Shown here: piece after piece, positions 19,812-29,496 of the stretch
Position numbering within the stretch: position 1 is the first letter of the stretch
How the letters are laid out: each line of letters starts with the position of its first letter
Source: Cylindrospermopsis raciborskii Cr2010
GTDB taxonomy: Bacteria > Cyanobacteriota > Cyanobacteriia > Cyanobacteriales > Nostocaceae
DNA length: 32,000 nt
Assembly (NCBI RefSeq): GCF_003367075.2
Contig: NZ_CP065936.1
Location: forward strand, 2,670,001 to 2,702,000
Direction: 5' to 3'
Program-made: the position numbers and the translations under genes
Notes under the pieces: generated by a model
Database searches by the model: none
Seen by the model: the letters and a program-made list of their open reading frames with translations, nothing else
Told to the model about the DNA's origin: nothing

Positions 19812-21728
19812 ATGCAAATCCCCCGTTTACACCCAGATACCGTGGAAGAGGTTAAACATCGTGCGGACATTGTGGATGTTATCTCAGATTATGTAGTTTT
19901 ACGCAGACGAGGTAAGGATTTTGTCGGTTTATGTCCTTTTCATGAGGAGAAAACCCCCAGTTTTACTGTTAGTCCTACTAAGCAAATATACTATTGCTTC
20001 GGTTGTCAGGCTTCCGGAAATGCTATTAAGTTTATGATGGACTTGAATAAGAGGCAGTTTGCAGAAGTGGTTCTGGATCTAGCTAAACGCTATCAAGTTC
20101 CTGTGAAAACTTTAGCACCAGAACAAAGACAGGAATTACAACGTCAGTTATCTTTGCGGGAGCAATTATTTGAGGTTTTAGCATCTACGAGTCAATTTTA
20201 TCAACATGTTCTAAGACAGGATATAGGTCAACAAGCACTACAATATTTACAAAAAAAACGGTTTTTAAAAACAGAGACTGTGGAAAAGTTTGCCTTGGGT
20301 TATGCTCCTCCAGGTTGGGAAACTTTATATCATTATCTGGTGGAAAATAAAAATTACCCCGCCCAGCTGGTAGAAAAAGCTGGTTTGATTAAACCAAGAA
20401 AGGAAGGTGGTGGTTATTATGATGTATTTCGTAATAGGTTGATGATTCCCATCCGTGATGTTCAAGGTAGGGTGATTGCTTTTGGTGGTAGAACTTTGAC
20501 TGATGAACAACCAAAATATTTGAATTCTCCCGAAACAGAATTATTTGATAAGAGTAAAACCCTATTCGCTCTGGATGTGTCTAAAGATGCTATTTCTAAA
20601 TTGGATCAGGCGGTGGTTGTAGAGGGATATTTTGATGCGATCGCACTCCATGCCAATGGAATTAATAATGTGGTAGCTTCTTTGGGTACGGCGTTGAGTT
20701 TGGAACAGGTAAGATTATTATTGCGATATAGTGAATCAAAACAATTAGTGCTAAATTTTGATGGAGATAAGGCGGGGATTAATGCCACAGAACGAGCAAT
20801 TGGGGAAATCAGCAACTTGGCATATAAGGGTGAGGTACAGTTAAAAATCTTGCATATTCCTGATGGTAAGGATGCGGATGAATACTTAAAAAATCACTCG
20901 GTAACAGACTATGGGCAATTATTAGTTGACGCTCCCCTGTGGTTGGACTGGCAAATTGCACAAGTTATTCAAGGTCGAGATTTAAGACAACCTACGGATT
21001 TTCAATTGGTGAGTAGGGAGTTTGTTAAGCTATTGCAAAAAATTTTAAATAGTGACACCTTGAATTACTATATCTCTCACTGTGCGGAAATCCTCAGTTT
21101 AGGGGATACTAGATTAATACCCCTGAGAGTGGAAAATCTCATCACTCAGGTTGCACCTCGTCGCACACCAACTCCACGCCCTCCTCAACCAGATTCCACC
21201 ACATCCCCAAACACACACCAAATATCCCATCCTCAACCCAGTCTGTTGGAGCAAGCTGAAGGATTATTATTAAGAATTTTTCTCCATTGTCCTCAAGAGC
21301 GTCAAGTAATCATCGAAACCTTGGGATTCAGTAATTTGGAATTTAGTGTTTCCCATCATCGTTTTTTATGGGAAAAAAGTTTGCAGTTCCCTTCACAAAC
21401 CCTAGATTTAATTTCTCAATTACAGAACCTCTATTTGGAAACACAAAATGATCTAGGTCCGGTTCAGCATATATTTCAACTGAATGAGAAGAATAAACAA
21501 GAAATCTTACTACGCACAAGTCAACTAGTTCAAGCTGCGATCGCCTGTATGGAAAAAGTATTTAGGGAAAATCGCTATCGTCACTTTTTAGAACTTTGGC
21601 AGAAAACAGATCCCAGCACGGATCCAGATCAGTATAGTCTTTATGCCCAAACTATATATGCTGACAAGATGCGAATACAGGAACTAAGCAAGCAACGTCA
21701 ATTATCCATAGCAGACCTAATTAATTAA
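19812..21728 (+). CDS. dnaG: DNA primase
   Basis: It has the zinc-ribbon CPFHEEKTPSFTVSPTKQIYYCFGCQASGN, the TOPRIM segment VVVEGYFDAIA...NFDGDKAG, and a C-terminal DnaB-interaction region. Confidence 0.95.
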   Translation: MQIPRLHPDTVEEVKHRADIVDVISDYVVLRRRGKDFVGLCPFHEEKTPSFTVSPTKQIYYCFGCQASGNAIKFMMDLNKRQFAEVVLDLAKRYQVPVKTLAPEQRQELQRQLSLREQLFEVLASTSQFYQHVLRQDIGQQALQYLQKKRFLKTETVEKFALGYAPPGWETLYHYLVENKNYPAQLVEKAGLIKPRKEGGGYYDVFRNRLMIPIRDVQGRVIAFGGRTLTDEQPKYLNSPETELFDKSKTLFALDVSKDAISKLDQAVVVEGYFDAIALHANGINNVVASLGTALSLEQVRLLLRYSESKQLVLNFDGDKAGINATERAIGEISNLAYKGEVQLKILHIPDGKDADEYLKNHSVTDYGQLLVDAPLWLDWQIAQVIQGRDLRQPTDFQLVSREFVKLLQKILNSDTLNYYISHCAEILSLGDTRLIPLRVENLITQVAPRRTPTPRPPQPDSTTSPNTHQISHPQPSLLEQAEGLLLRIFLHCPQERQVIIETLGFSNLEFSVSHHRFLWEKSLQFPSQTLDLISQLQNLYLETQNDLGPVQHIFQLNEKNKQEILLRTSQLVQAAIACMEKVFRENRYRHFLELWQKTDPSTDPDQYSLYAQTIYADKMRIQELSKQRQLSIADLIN

Positions 21729-21748
21729 TAGGTTCAACTCTTCACAAC

Positions 21749-22351
21749 CTAGCAGATCCTTGATATTATAAAATCAATCACATCTGCTAACCCTGCTTGA
21801 ACTTTTAGGTTAGTAAAGATAAATGGTTGTTCCCCACGCATTCTCTTGGTGTCTCGTTCCATAACATTTAGATCTGCACCCACGTAGGGAGCGAGATCGG
21901 TTTTATTAATAACTAGTAAATCTGACTTAGTAATTCCTGGTCCACCCTTGCGGGGAATTTTATCCCCCGCAGCAACGTCTATAACATAGATGGTTAAATC
22001 CACTAATTCCGGACTAAATGTAGCAGCTAGATTATCTCCCCCACTTTCTAAAAAGACCACATCTAAATCGGTGAATTTTTCTTCTAACTGTTCAATAGCT
22101 GCCAAATTCATAGAAGCATCTTCTCGAATCGCTGTGTGAGGACATCCCCCCGTCTCTACCCCTAAAATACGCTCCCTCTCTAATGCTTGAGAGCGAACCA
22201 AAAATTGTGCATCCTCTTGAGTATAAATATCGTTGGTAACAACCGCTAATTTATAACTCTCCCGCAATGATTTACATAGTGCATCCACTAAAGCTGTCTT
22301 GCCAGAACCCACGGGTCCTGCTACTCCTACACGATAGGCACTCATAAGCAA
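21749..22351 (-). CDS. ureG: Urease accessory GTPase
   Basis: The P-loop [23 protein letters not shown] and NKTDLAP are diagnostic UreG motifs. Confidence 0.95.
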   Translation of the reverse strand: MLMSAYRVGVAGPVGSGKTALVDALCKSLRESYKLAVVTNDIYTQEDAQFLVRSQALERERILGVETGGCPHTAIREDASMNLAAIEQLEEKFTDLDVVFLESGGDNLAATFSPELVDLTIYVIDVAAGDKIPRKGGPGITKSDLLVINKTDLAPYVGADLNVMERDTKRMRGEQPFIFTNLKVQAGLADVIDFIISRIC

Positions 22352-22389
22352 TAATTAGTTATTATTAGTGTTAATATTTATCAACTATT

Positions 22390-23079
22390 CTAACTCCTGA
22401 ATAGTCTTGTATACTGGGTTTCGTGTTGCATACTAGCTAAAGATAAACCCCAACTACAGCAACTGAGATGATCATCTTCCAGGGAAAGAATTTCCTCCAC
22501 CGTTATATCTAATAGTCCCTGTAACTCCCACAACAATTCTTGACCACTGGTTTGACCTAGGGGAATGAGTTTTATGCCCGCTGTAATTAAATTACTCGCC
22601 CAGCTATGTAAATATGCCAACAACCCTACCCGAGCATCAATTTGCCAATGACCACAGCCAATACCAAAGGCGATCGCATAGTTACAAGGATAACCAACCG
22701 TATTGGATATAGATGTAATTGGGGGTGATAACTTACCCAATAATTGTAAGAGAGATCTTCCCATTTGCCAACTAGCAGCGCGCAGTTCTTGTGTATCTCT
22801 AAAAGCAGACAACCAATAGTTCCATTTTTTCAACCCTTCTAGATCTGCCAAATTAGTGGATTGTATGGCTCTAATCATAACTGCACCATCAATACGAATC
22901 GAACCGTAGCGCAATTCGGAATCTAACCAATTTTTCAATCCAACCCTGTCGTGAATAGTCCTATTTTCCACCAGCACTTCTAACCCCTCAGAATAGCTAT
23001 AAGCACCCACAGGTAAAGAGGGACTGGCTAGTTGTAAAATAGACAAAAAACGACTATTCGTGAGAGTGATGGTCTCCAT
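22390..23079 (-). CDS. ureF: Urease accessory protein UreF
   Basis: LLQLASPSLPVGAYSYSEGLE is the typical UreF N-terminus. Gene order is ureE-ureF-ureG. Confidence 0.88.
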   Translation of the reverse strand: METITLTNSRFLSILQLASPSLPVGAYSYSEGLEVLVENRTIHDRVGLKNWLDSELRYGSIRIDGAVMIRAIQSTNLADLEGLKKWNYWLSAFRDTQELRAASWQMGRSLLQLLGKLSPPITSISNTVGYPCNYAIAFGIGCGHWQIDARVGLLAYLHSWASNLITAGIKLIPLGQTSGQELLWELQGLLDITVEEILSLEDDHLSCCSWGLSLASMQHETQYTRLFRS

Positions 23080-23509
23080 AAGCTCCTAGTTCGGGGTAAA
23101 AAGGTGCTACTTCTTCTGTCACCTCCAACTGCAATTTTTGCAGCATCGATTGTAGCACTGAATCGGGAGACAGTCGCAAATAATCAGTAGTAAGTTCCAC
23201 TGGTATATGACGATTGCCCAGGTGATAAGCTGCTCGTAGTAATTGTATAGGGGTTGTGCCAACCACTGTCAAAACAGGTTCAGGTTTGGCAACAATTTTT
23301 ATCCAAGTTGTTTCACTTTCATCTGCGAGCATATCTCCATGATGAATAACCCTCCCGCGAGATAAACGCCAACATATTTCCTGTCCGTTTTCTAATATCA
23401 AGCGATAACGACTGCGCCTGCGTTCCTCAGCAGTAAGGGGTAACACTAAGTCAAAAGCAGTGTGACCGTGGTCACTTTTCAGTTTTGTTAATATCAACAT
23501 GGCACCCAC
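23054..23509 (-). CDS. ureE: Urease accessory metallochaperone UreE
   Basis: Supported by its size, the LGNRH motif (AAYHLGNRHIPVE) and a His-rich C-terminus (GDHHSHE). It overlaps ureF by 26 nt. Confidence 0.85.
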   Translation of the reverse strand: MGAMLILTKLKSDHGHTAFDLVLPLTAEERRRSRYRLILENGQEICWRLSRGRVIHHGDMLADESETTWIKIVAKPEPVLTVVGTTPIQLLRAAYHLGNRHIPVELTTDYLRLSPDSVLQSMLQKLQLEVTEEVAPFYPELGAYGDHHSHE

Positions 23510-23532
23510 TTACATCCATTAAAACCAAGAGA

Positions 23533-23619
23533 CGGAGAGGGAGGGATTCGAACCCTCGTTGAAGTTTCCTCCAAACAGCATTTCCAGTGCTGCGCCTTCA
23601 ACCACTCGGCCACCTCTCC
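23533..23619 (-). tRNA. tRNA-Ser (anticodon GGA), 87 nt, no encoded CCA
   Basis: I folded the cloverleaf by hand. The acceptor is GGAGAGG/CCTCTCC and the anticodon arm is CAGCA-CTGGAAA-TGCTG. It has a long variable arm and the T-arm GAGGG-TTCGAAT-CCCTC. Confidence 0.9.
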
Positions 23620-23756
23620 AGTAGGTCATGAGTTATAACTATAAACTAAGATCTTAAAAAATGCAATGGTTAAATCAAAAAATTTTTGCCATTTTTGCCA
23701 GATATGTTTTTTACAATAGAGTGGTAAGCTACATATTTTTCCAACTCCGACGAAAC

Positions 23757-24125
23757 ATGGCTCAAACCCACACAATTACAGTTCATAATCGCCAAACTGG
23801 TCTATCCCATAGGGTGCAAGTTCCCGATGATCGGTACATTCTCCACTCCGCAGAAAACAATGGTGTGGAATTGCCCTTTTCTTGTCGCAATGGGGCTTGT
23901 ACCACCTGTGCTGTGAGAGTTTTATCCGGGGAAATTTACCAACCCGAAGCTATTGGTTTATCTCCAGAATTACGTCGTCAAGGTTATGCTTTGTTGTGTG
24001 TAAGTTATGCTTGTTCCAACCTAGAGGTAGAAACCCAAGATGAGGATGAAGTTTATGAACTTCAATTCGGGCGATTTTTTGGCAAAGGTAAAGTAAGGGC
24101 TGGGTTTCCCTTAGAAGAGGACTAG
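23757..24125 (+). CDS. Plant-type 2Fe-2S ferredoxin with a C-terminal extension (FdC-like)
   Basis: The Cys motifs are CRNGACTTCAV and LLC. I chose the start at ATG 23757 (MAQTHTITV), because the upstream part of the listed ORF is an AT-rich leader. Confidence 0.88.
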   Translation: MAQTHTITVHNRQTGLSHRVQVPDDRYILHSAENNGVELPFSCRNGACTTCAVRVLSGEIYQPEAIGLSPELRRQGYALLCVSYACSNLEVETQDEDEVYELQFGRFFGKGKVRAGFPLEED

Positions 24126-24135
24126 AGGCAAATTA

Positions 24136-24789
24136 ATGAGGATTATAGAACTTTTAGTACCCAGGATGGCAATTAGGGGCAATTCCTGGAATTATCTAAG
24201 TTTGCTGCCAATTGTACTTTGTTGTTCACTAATGTTGCTCTTAGTAGGTTGTCAAAGCAAGGACAGAACCAAAGATAGTATAGTTCAAGCGAGAGTGGTA
24301 AGAGTAGTAAGCGGGCAAACCCTAGAAGTGGCAAAAATAGGAGATCCGACAAATTCCGTATCCTCCGTGCGATTAATTGGTTTAGACGCCCCCGACCTGC
24401 GTCAGTACCCTTGGGGAGAAGATGCCAGAAAATTATTAGAAAAGTTGATTCAAGATGCCAATAGTGATAATACTACCAATAATAATACCAATAGCGCCCA
24501 AATCAAACTAGCCCAAATCAAACTAGCCCAAATCAAACTAGAATTTGATTTACAAACCCAGGATAAATTTGGACGCAATCTAGCTTATGTTTGGAAGGAT
24601 CAAGTGCTAGTGAACGAGCAAATCATCAAACAGGGGTATGCTCTATTTGCAGGAAGATCCCCCAATCACAAGTACGATTTACGCCTGGAAAATGCCCAAC
24701 ACTGGGCTAGACTCATGGGGGAAGGGATTTGGAATCCAGAAAACCCCTTACGTCTGACTCCCGGTCAATTTCGTCGGATCAACGGTTGA
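24136..24789 (+). CDS. Staphylococcal-nuclease (SNase/thermonuclease)-like lipoprotein
   Basis: It has a lipobox LLLVGC after a hydrophobic segment. SNase-like blocks are VVRVVSGQTLEV...VRLIGLDAPD and FGRNLAYVW...NEQIIKQGYA. The start could instead be ATG 24166. Confidence 0.75.
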   Translation: MRIIELLVPRMAIRGNSWNYLSLLPIVLCCSLMLLLVGCQSKDRTKDSIVQARVVRVVSGQTLEVAKIGDPTNSVSSVRLIGLDAPDLRQYPWGEDARKLLEKLIQDANSDNTTNNNTNSAQIKLAQIKLAQIKLEFDLQTQDKFGRNLAYVWKDQVLVNEQIIKQGYALFAGRSPNHKYDLRLENAQHWARLMGEGIWNPENPLRLTPGQFRRING

Positions 24790-24810
24790 GTTCTTGCTTT
24801 TTTATTTGCC

Positions 24811-25614
24811 ATGGAGATGACGAATTTACAAGTTTTTCTAGATATTGCTACAGAAGCAGCCCTAGCTGCTGGTGTGATTTTACAAGACTATTTAGGAAAG
24901 GTAGAAGATGCAGTTACTGAAAAAGGCAGACCCGGTGATTTAGTCACTGCTGCTGATCAAACCGCTGAAAAAGCAATTTTGGCAGTAATTAACCGTCACT
25001 TTCCCGAACACCCCATTCTAGCTGAAGAATCAGGAAAAGTGGGAAATCAGACCAGTCAGTACCTGTGGGTAATTGATCCCCTCGATGGCACAACTAACTA
25101 TACCCATCAATATCCCTGTTTTTGCACTTCCATTGGCTTACTAGTGGAGGGGGAGCCAAAAGTGGGTGTGATTTACGATCCTCTCCGGGGTGAACTATTT
25201 CAAGCTGCTGCTGGTCTGGGTGCAACACGTAACCGTCGTCCCATTCGAGTCTCCTCTACCACACAATTGAGCAAAAGTCTCCTAACTACGGGTTTTGCCT
25301 ATGATAGAAGAGAAACAAGCGATACTAACTATCCAGAATTTTGCCACTTTACCCACCTGACCCAAGGTGTGAGACGGGGAGGATCCGCAGCCTTAGATTT
25401 AGCCTACATCAGCTGTGGAAGGGTGGATGGTTATTGGGAAAGGGGTCTTGCTCCTTGGGATATGGTTGCTGGTATAATTTTAGTGCGGGAAGCAGGAGGT
25501 AAGGTTACCGCCTATAATGGTAGTGATTTAGAAATTGATTCTGGGAGGATCCTAGCTACTAATAGTTATCTTCACCAGGTCATTAGTGATGAACTAATGC
25601 AGGTTAACCGCTAA
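24811..25614 (+). CDS. Inositol monophosphatase family protein (SuhB/HisN-like)
   Basis: It carries the IMPase motifs EES..., WVIDPLDGTTNY and WDMVAG. Confidence 0.88.
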   Translation: MEMTNLQVFLDIATEAALAAGVILQDYLGKVEDAVTEKGRPGDLVTAADQTAEKAILAVINRHFPEHPILAEESGKVGNQTSQYLWVIDPLDGTTNYTHQYPCFCTSIGLLVEGEPKVGVIYDPLRGELFQAAAGLGATRNRRPIRVSSTTQLSKSLLTTGFAYDRRETSDTNYPEFCHFTHLTQGVRRGGSAALDLAYISCGRVDGYWERGLAPWDMVAGIILVREAGGKVTAYNGSDLEIDSGRILATNSYLHQVISDELMQVNR

Positions 25615-25657
25615 TTTGGATTTGGTTTAGTTATTTGTTTGGTGGGAAGAAAAAATC

Positions 25658-26869
25658 ATGGTGTATCAACCAGCAGCGGGAGCTAGAGATTTATTACCCT
25701 TAGATGTGGCTCAAAAACGCTGGATTGAAGATAGGTTACAACAGGTTTTTCATCGTTGGGGATATCACAGGATTATCACCTCAACTTTGGAGCGTATGGA
25801 TACTATTATGGCTGGAGAAGCTATTGATCGCCATAAAGTTATACAGTTACAAACCGGTCAAGATGAAGAATTGGGTTTACGTCCCGAATTGACTGCTTCT
25901 ATTGCTCGGACTGTGGTTACCCGTATGGCCATGGCTCATTATCCCCAGCGATTATATTACAACGCCAATGTGTTTCGTCGTAATTGGGAAAAACGACACA
26001 ATCATCAGCAAGAATATTATCAAGCAGGTGTGGAACTGTTAGGTGCTGAGGGTTTATTGGCTAATGCAGAAGTGTTACTTTTGACCTCTAACTGTTTGAC
26101 AGCTCTAGGGTTAAACCAATGGCATTTAATTTTGGGTGAAGCAGGAATTACTAAGTCCCTACTCAATGCTTTCCCCCCGGAAATTAGAACTCAGGTGAGA
26201 ATGGCGATCGCCAATTTAGATAGGGTAGCCATAGATACTTTACCCCTGGGTGAGGATCTACATAAACAGGCGAAAATCATGATGGATTTACGGGGAAAAA
26301 GTGGGGAGGTGTTGCAAAAAGTCAGTAATTTCCCTTTAGATTCCAGTCAGCAAGCAGCGGTCAACCATCTGAAATCCCTGGTGGAATTATTAGAAGCGGA
26401 AGGGAAATTTTCTCTCATTCTTGATCTGAGTCTCATTCAAACCATTGATTATTACACGGGAATTGTGTTTGAAGTGGTGGGTGACCTGAATGGTCAGGCC
26501 CAGGTTTTAGGACGGGGAGGTCGCTATGACCAACTGTTGGGTTTATATAATCCTCGAGGAGAAAATATTCCTGGTATTGGGTTTGAATTGAGTATTGATG
26601 ATTTATATCAAGTTTTATCCAGTACCCAACAATTACCCCAAACTATTCCTTCCAGTAATTGGTTAGTAGTACCAGAAGGGGACAATGCTCAAGTTGCCAC
26701 TTTTGCTTATGCACAAAAGTTACGAGATTCAGCCGATTTAATTAGGGTGGAAATGGAATTAGGAGGCAAAGATCCTCAAGGGGTTCGTGAATATGCCAAA
26801 GAACGCTCCATAGCCCAAATTGCCTGGATTAAATCCGATGGCACAGGCAGAATTGAAACCGTTAGTTGA
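25658..26869 (+). CDS. hisZ: ATP phosphoribosyltransferase regulatory subunit
   Basis: It is a HisRS paralogue with GARDLLP, LRPELTASIAR and GGRYD but no anticodon-binding domain of a true HisRS. Its length is about 400 aa. Confidence 0.88.
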   Translation: MVYQPAAGARDLLPLDVAQKRWIEDRLQQVFHRWGYHRIITSTLERMDTIMAGEAIDRHKVIQLQTGQDEELGLRPELTASIARTVVTRMAMAHYPQRLYYNANVFRRNWEKRHNHQQEYYQAGVELLGAEGLLANAEVLLLTSNCLTALGLNQWHLILGEAGITKSLLNAFPPEIRTQVRMAIANLDRVAIDTLPLGEDLHKQAKIMMDLRGKSGEVLQKVSNFPLDSSQQAAVNHLKSLVELLEAEGKFSLILDLSLIQTIDYYTGIVFEVVGDLNGQAQVLGRGGRYDQLLGLYNPRGENIPGIGFELSIDDLYQVLSSTQQLPQTIPSSNWLVVPEGDNAQVATFAYAQKLRDSADLIRVEMELGGKDPQGVREYAKERSIAQIAWIKSDGTGRIETVS

Positions 26870-26897
26870 TGGAAAAATAATTAAGAGAGGAGAATCT

Positions 26898-27125
26898 ATG
26901 CCACATACAATAGTTACAGAAACTTGCGAAGGAGTTGCAGACTGTGTTACTGCTTGTCCAGTAGCGTGCATTCATGAAGGTCTAGGTAAGAATATGAAAG
27001 GTACAGATTGGTACTGGATAGACTTTACCACTTGTATTGATTGTGGTATATGTTTACAAGTTTGCCCAGTAGAAGGAGCAATAGTTCCCCAGGAACGACC
27101 TGAATTACAAAAAATACCACAATAA
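26898..27125 (+). CDS. Small 4Fe-4S ferredoxin-type protein
   Basis: It has CIDCGICLQVCP plus CEGVADCVTACP. The ATG at 26898 is preceded by AGAGAGGAGA. The upstream part of the listed ORF overlaps hisZ. Confidence 0.8.
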   Translation: MPHTIVTETCEGVADCVTACPVACIHEGLGKNMKGTDWYWIDFTTCIDCGICLQVCPVEGAIVPQERPELQKIPQ

Positions 27126-27128
27126 TAG

Positions 27129-27905
27129 GTGATAATGATGATAAACAACCCGGAAAATAGTCCTAAAAACAACTCCAGAAATAATTACCTACTAGAAGTA
27201 GAAAACGTCCACGCGGGGTACATTAAGGATGTGGATATTTTGCAAGGGATTAATTTTCGGGTTGGTTATGGAGAGTTGGTCACTGTCATTGGTCCTAATG
27301 GTGCAGGGAAATCTACCTTGGCTAAAACCATTTTTGGACTCTTGACACCTCACACGGGTACCATCACCTTTGGGGGAGAAAAAATCAACGGGTTAAAATG
27401 TGATCAAATCGTTAAGAAGGGTATGTGTTATGTACCCCAAATAGCCAACGTTTTCCCCTCATTAACCATAGAAGAAAATTTGGAAATGGGCGCTTTTGTC
27501 AGAAATATCCCCCTAAAACCCTTGAAAGATAAAATCTTCACCATGTTTCCCAGATTAGGCGATCGCCGTTTGCAACGTGCTGGAACTCTATCTGGTGGAG
27601 AAAGGCAAATGTTAGCTATGGGTAAAGCTTTAATGTTAGAACCGAGACTATTATTATTAGATGAACCTTCAGCAGCTTTATCTCCTATTTTAGTGACCCA
27701 GGTCTTTGAGCAGATTAAACAAATTAACCAGGGGGGAACAGCTATAGTCTTGGTAGAGCAAAATGCTCGGAAAGCACTAGAACTAGCTCATACAGGATAT
27801 GTATTAGTCTCTGGAAAAGATGAGATTTCCGGATCAGGTCAGGAATTACTCCAAGATCCCAAAGTGGGAGAATTATACCTGGGTGCAGGAGAGACGAGGA
27901 GATAG
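27129..27905 (+). CDS. ABC transporter ATP-binding protein, LivF / NatE / UrtE-like (branched-chain amino acid or urea type)
   Basis: Walker A is GPNGAGKST, the signature is LSGGERQML, Walker B is LLLLDEPS, and the LivF-type C-terminus is DPKVGELYLG. Confidence 0.88.
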   Translation: MIMMINNPENSPKNNSRNNYLLEVENVHAGYIKDVDILQGINFRVGYGELVTVIGPNGAGKSTLAKTIFGLLTPHTGTITFGGEKINGLKCDQIVKKGMCYVPQIANVFPSLTIEENLEMGAFVRNIPLKPLKDKIFTMFPRLGDRRLQRAGTLSGGERQMLAMGKALMLEPRLLLLDEPSAALSPILVTQVFEQIKQINQGGTAIVLVEQNARKALELAHTGYVLVSGKDEISGSGQELLQDPKVGELYLGAGETRR

Positions 27906-27918
27906 TAGATGCGGAAAT

Positions 27919-27940
27919 GTTGGGTTGCGTTCTACCCAAC
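27919..27940. repeat. Solo variant of the hairpin repeat (GTTGGGT-N8-ACCCAAC followed by CTAC)
   Basis: It lies between the convergent ABC-ATPase and Uma2 genes. Another variant is at about 11714-11735 (GTTGGGT-GGAGAAA-ACCCAAC). Confidence 0.75.
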
Positions 27941-28573
27941 CTACAATCTACCTACCATATTTACACTACCACCAGCAGTTAAAAGTTGTTTTGCAGTTAA
28001 TTGTAAACTGGGCAAAATAGCAGAAACAAGAAGATCATCATGTTGAAACAACTGCTTTTGATACTCATCTTCAATTAACTTACAAATAGTAATAGTTGGC
28101 TGCTTAACTTTACCAATATATTCCCTACCACCTAAACCCAAATAATCTATAATCCAATATTCAGGTACACCTAATAAAGCATAATCTTCCACCTTACGAG
28201 CATAATCATTTTGCCAGTTTGTACTCACAACTTCTGCAATTAATTTAATTAATTTTCCTGATGTAATTACAGGTTCTTGTTGCCATAAAGGCTCATTAAT
28301 TAATTGAGTTTGATCCAGTACAATCACATCAGGACGAAAAGCCGTATTAGTTCCCAAAAGTTTCACCAAGCAGCGAGAAGGTGTAAAATATGGTAAATCT
28401 TGATGATCAATTTCTACATTGAGTTTACGACTGGTAAAAGCTGATATTTGTTCATGTGGTCCAGTGGGTTCCATCTCGATTAATTCCCCATCAATTAATT
28501 CATAATGATTATTGTCACCATATTGAGTAATAAACTCATTGACAGTGATTAGTTTTGGTGCTACTTGTACCAT
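27941..28573 (-). CDS. Uma2-family (DUF820) endonuclease, second paralogue
   Basis: MVQVAPKLITVNEFITQYGDNNHYELIDGELIEMEP... and RPDVIVLD...AEVVSTNWQNDYARKVEDYALLGVPEYWIIDY form the canonical Uma2 PD-(D/E)XK core. Confidence 0.88.
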   Translation of the reverse strand: MVQVAPKLITVNEFITQYGDNNHYELIDGELIEMEPTGPHEQISAFTSRKLNVEIDHQDLPYFTPSRCLVKLLGTNTAFRPDVIVLDQTQLINEPLWQQEPVITSGKLIKLIAEVVSTNWQNDYARKVEDYALLGVPEYWIIDYLGLGGREYIGKVKQPTITICKLIEDEYQKQLFQHDDLLVSAILPSLQLTAKQLLTAGGSVNMVGRL

Positions 28574-28611
28574 GATGATTTTTCCTCATAATTTAGTTCA
28601 ATATAATTCAA

Positions 28612-29208
28612 CTATACTTTAGCTAAAGTTACTCTTTCAGGCTGATTTTGATATTTACCTACTCTATCTGCATAAGTAGTTTGACATGGTTCTCCTTCTA
28701 AAAACAATAATTGCACAACTCCTTCATTGGCATAAATTCTACAATCAGCACTTGATGAATTACTAAATTCCAGGGTAAGTGCGCCATTCCACGAAGCCTC
28801 CGCAGGTGTAATATTTGCTATCAAACCCACACGGGCATAAGTGCTTTTTCCCAAACAAATTGCAGTTACATTAGGAGGTATTTGTAATTTTTCTAATGCT
28901 ACTCCTAGTCCATAAGAATGTGCAGGAATAATAAAAAAATCTCCATCTTCATCATGTTGTAAATCTACAGATTCTAAATTTTTGGGATTAAATTTTTTAG
29001 GATTAACAACTGTTCCAGGAATATGTTTAAATACTAAAAATTCTTTAGGTGATAAACGTATATCATAACCATAGGAAGATAAACCATAACTCAATGCAGG
29101 TACTTCTGCGCCAGATTCTAACTTGATAGTGCGAAGTAAACTAGGTTCAAATGGTTCAATCATTCCTTTCTTTGCTTGTTCAATTATCCACTTGTCATTC
29201 TTCAGCAT
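28612..29208 (-). CDS. dcd: dCTP deaminase
   Basis: The N-terminus reads MLKNDKWI...IEPF. SYGYDIRL and the overall length of about 198 aa fit Dcd. Confidence 0.9.
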   Translation of the reverse strand: MLKNDKWIIEQAKKGMIEPFEPSLLRTIKLESGAEVPALSYGLSSYGYDIRLSPKEFLVFKHIPGTVVNPKKFNPKNLESVDLQHDEDGDFFIIPAHSYGLGVALEKLQIPPNVTAICLGKSTYARVGLIANITPAEASWNGALTLEFSNSSSADCRIYANEGVVQLLFLEGEPCQTTYADRVGKYQNQPERVTLAKV

Positions 29209-29246
29209 TTGATAGTTACCTAAATTCCCAATCCCGCTATTCTAGC

Positions 29247-29414
29247 ATGATTAAGGATACCAATACAGTAACTCCCGAAGAAATTGCTCAGTTTTGTACC
29301 CAATTAGCGGATTATCCCAGTGCGATCGCGGCTTTGGATGCAATTGAGGAGTATGAGGGCTATTTGGAGGATGCTATACCATTTAAGGTACCCACCAAAG
29401 CGGGTACAGAATGA
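29247..29414 (+). CDS. Small hypothetical protein (55 aa)
   Basis: The ORF runs from ATG 29247 (MIKDTNTVTPEEIAQF...) and is divergent from dcd. There is no recognisable motif, and coding status is uncertain. Confidence 0.35.
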   Translation: MIKDTNTVTPEEIAQFCTQLADYPSAIAALDAIEEYEGYLEDAIPFKVPTKAGTE

Positions 29415-29422
29415 GATAAAAA

Positions 29423-29496
29423 GCGAGCGCGGCAGGGTTCGAACCTGCGACCAATTGCTTAGAAGGCAATTGCTCTATCCACTGAGCTACGCGCCC
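29423..29496 (-). tRNA. tRNA-Arg (anticodon UCU), 74 nt, no encoded CCA
   Basis: Hand-folded. The acceptor is GGGCGCG/CGCGCTC with one G-U pair, the anticodon arm is ATTGC-CTTCTAA-GCAAT, and the T-arm is GCAGG-TTCGAAC-CCTGC. Confidence 0.9.
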
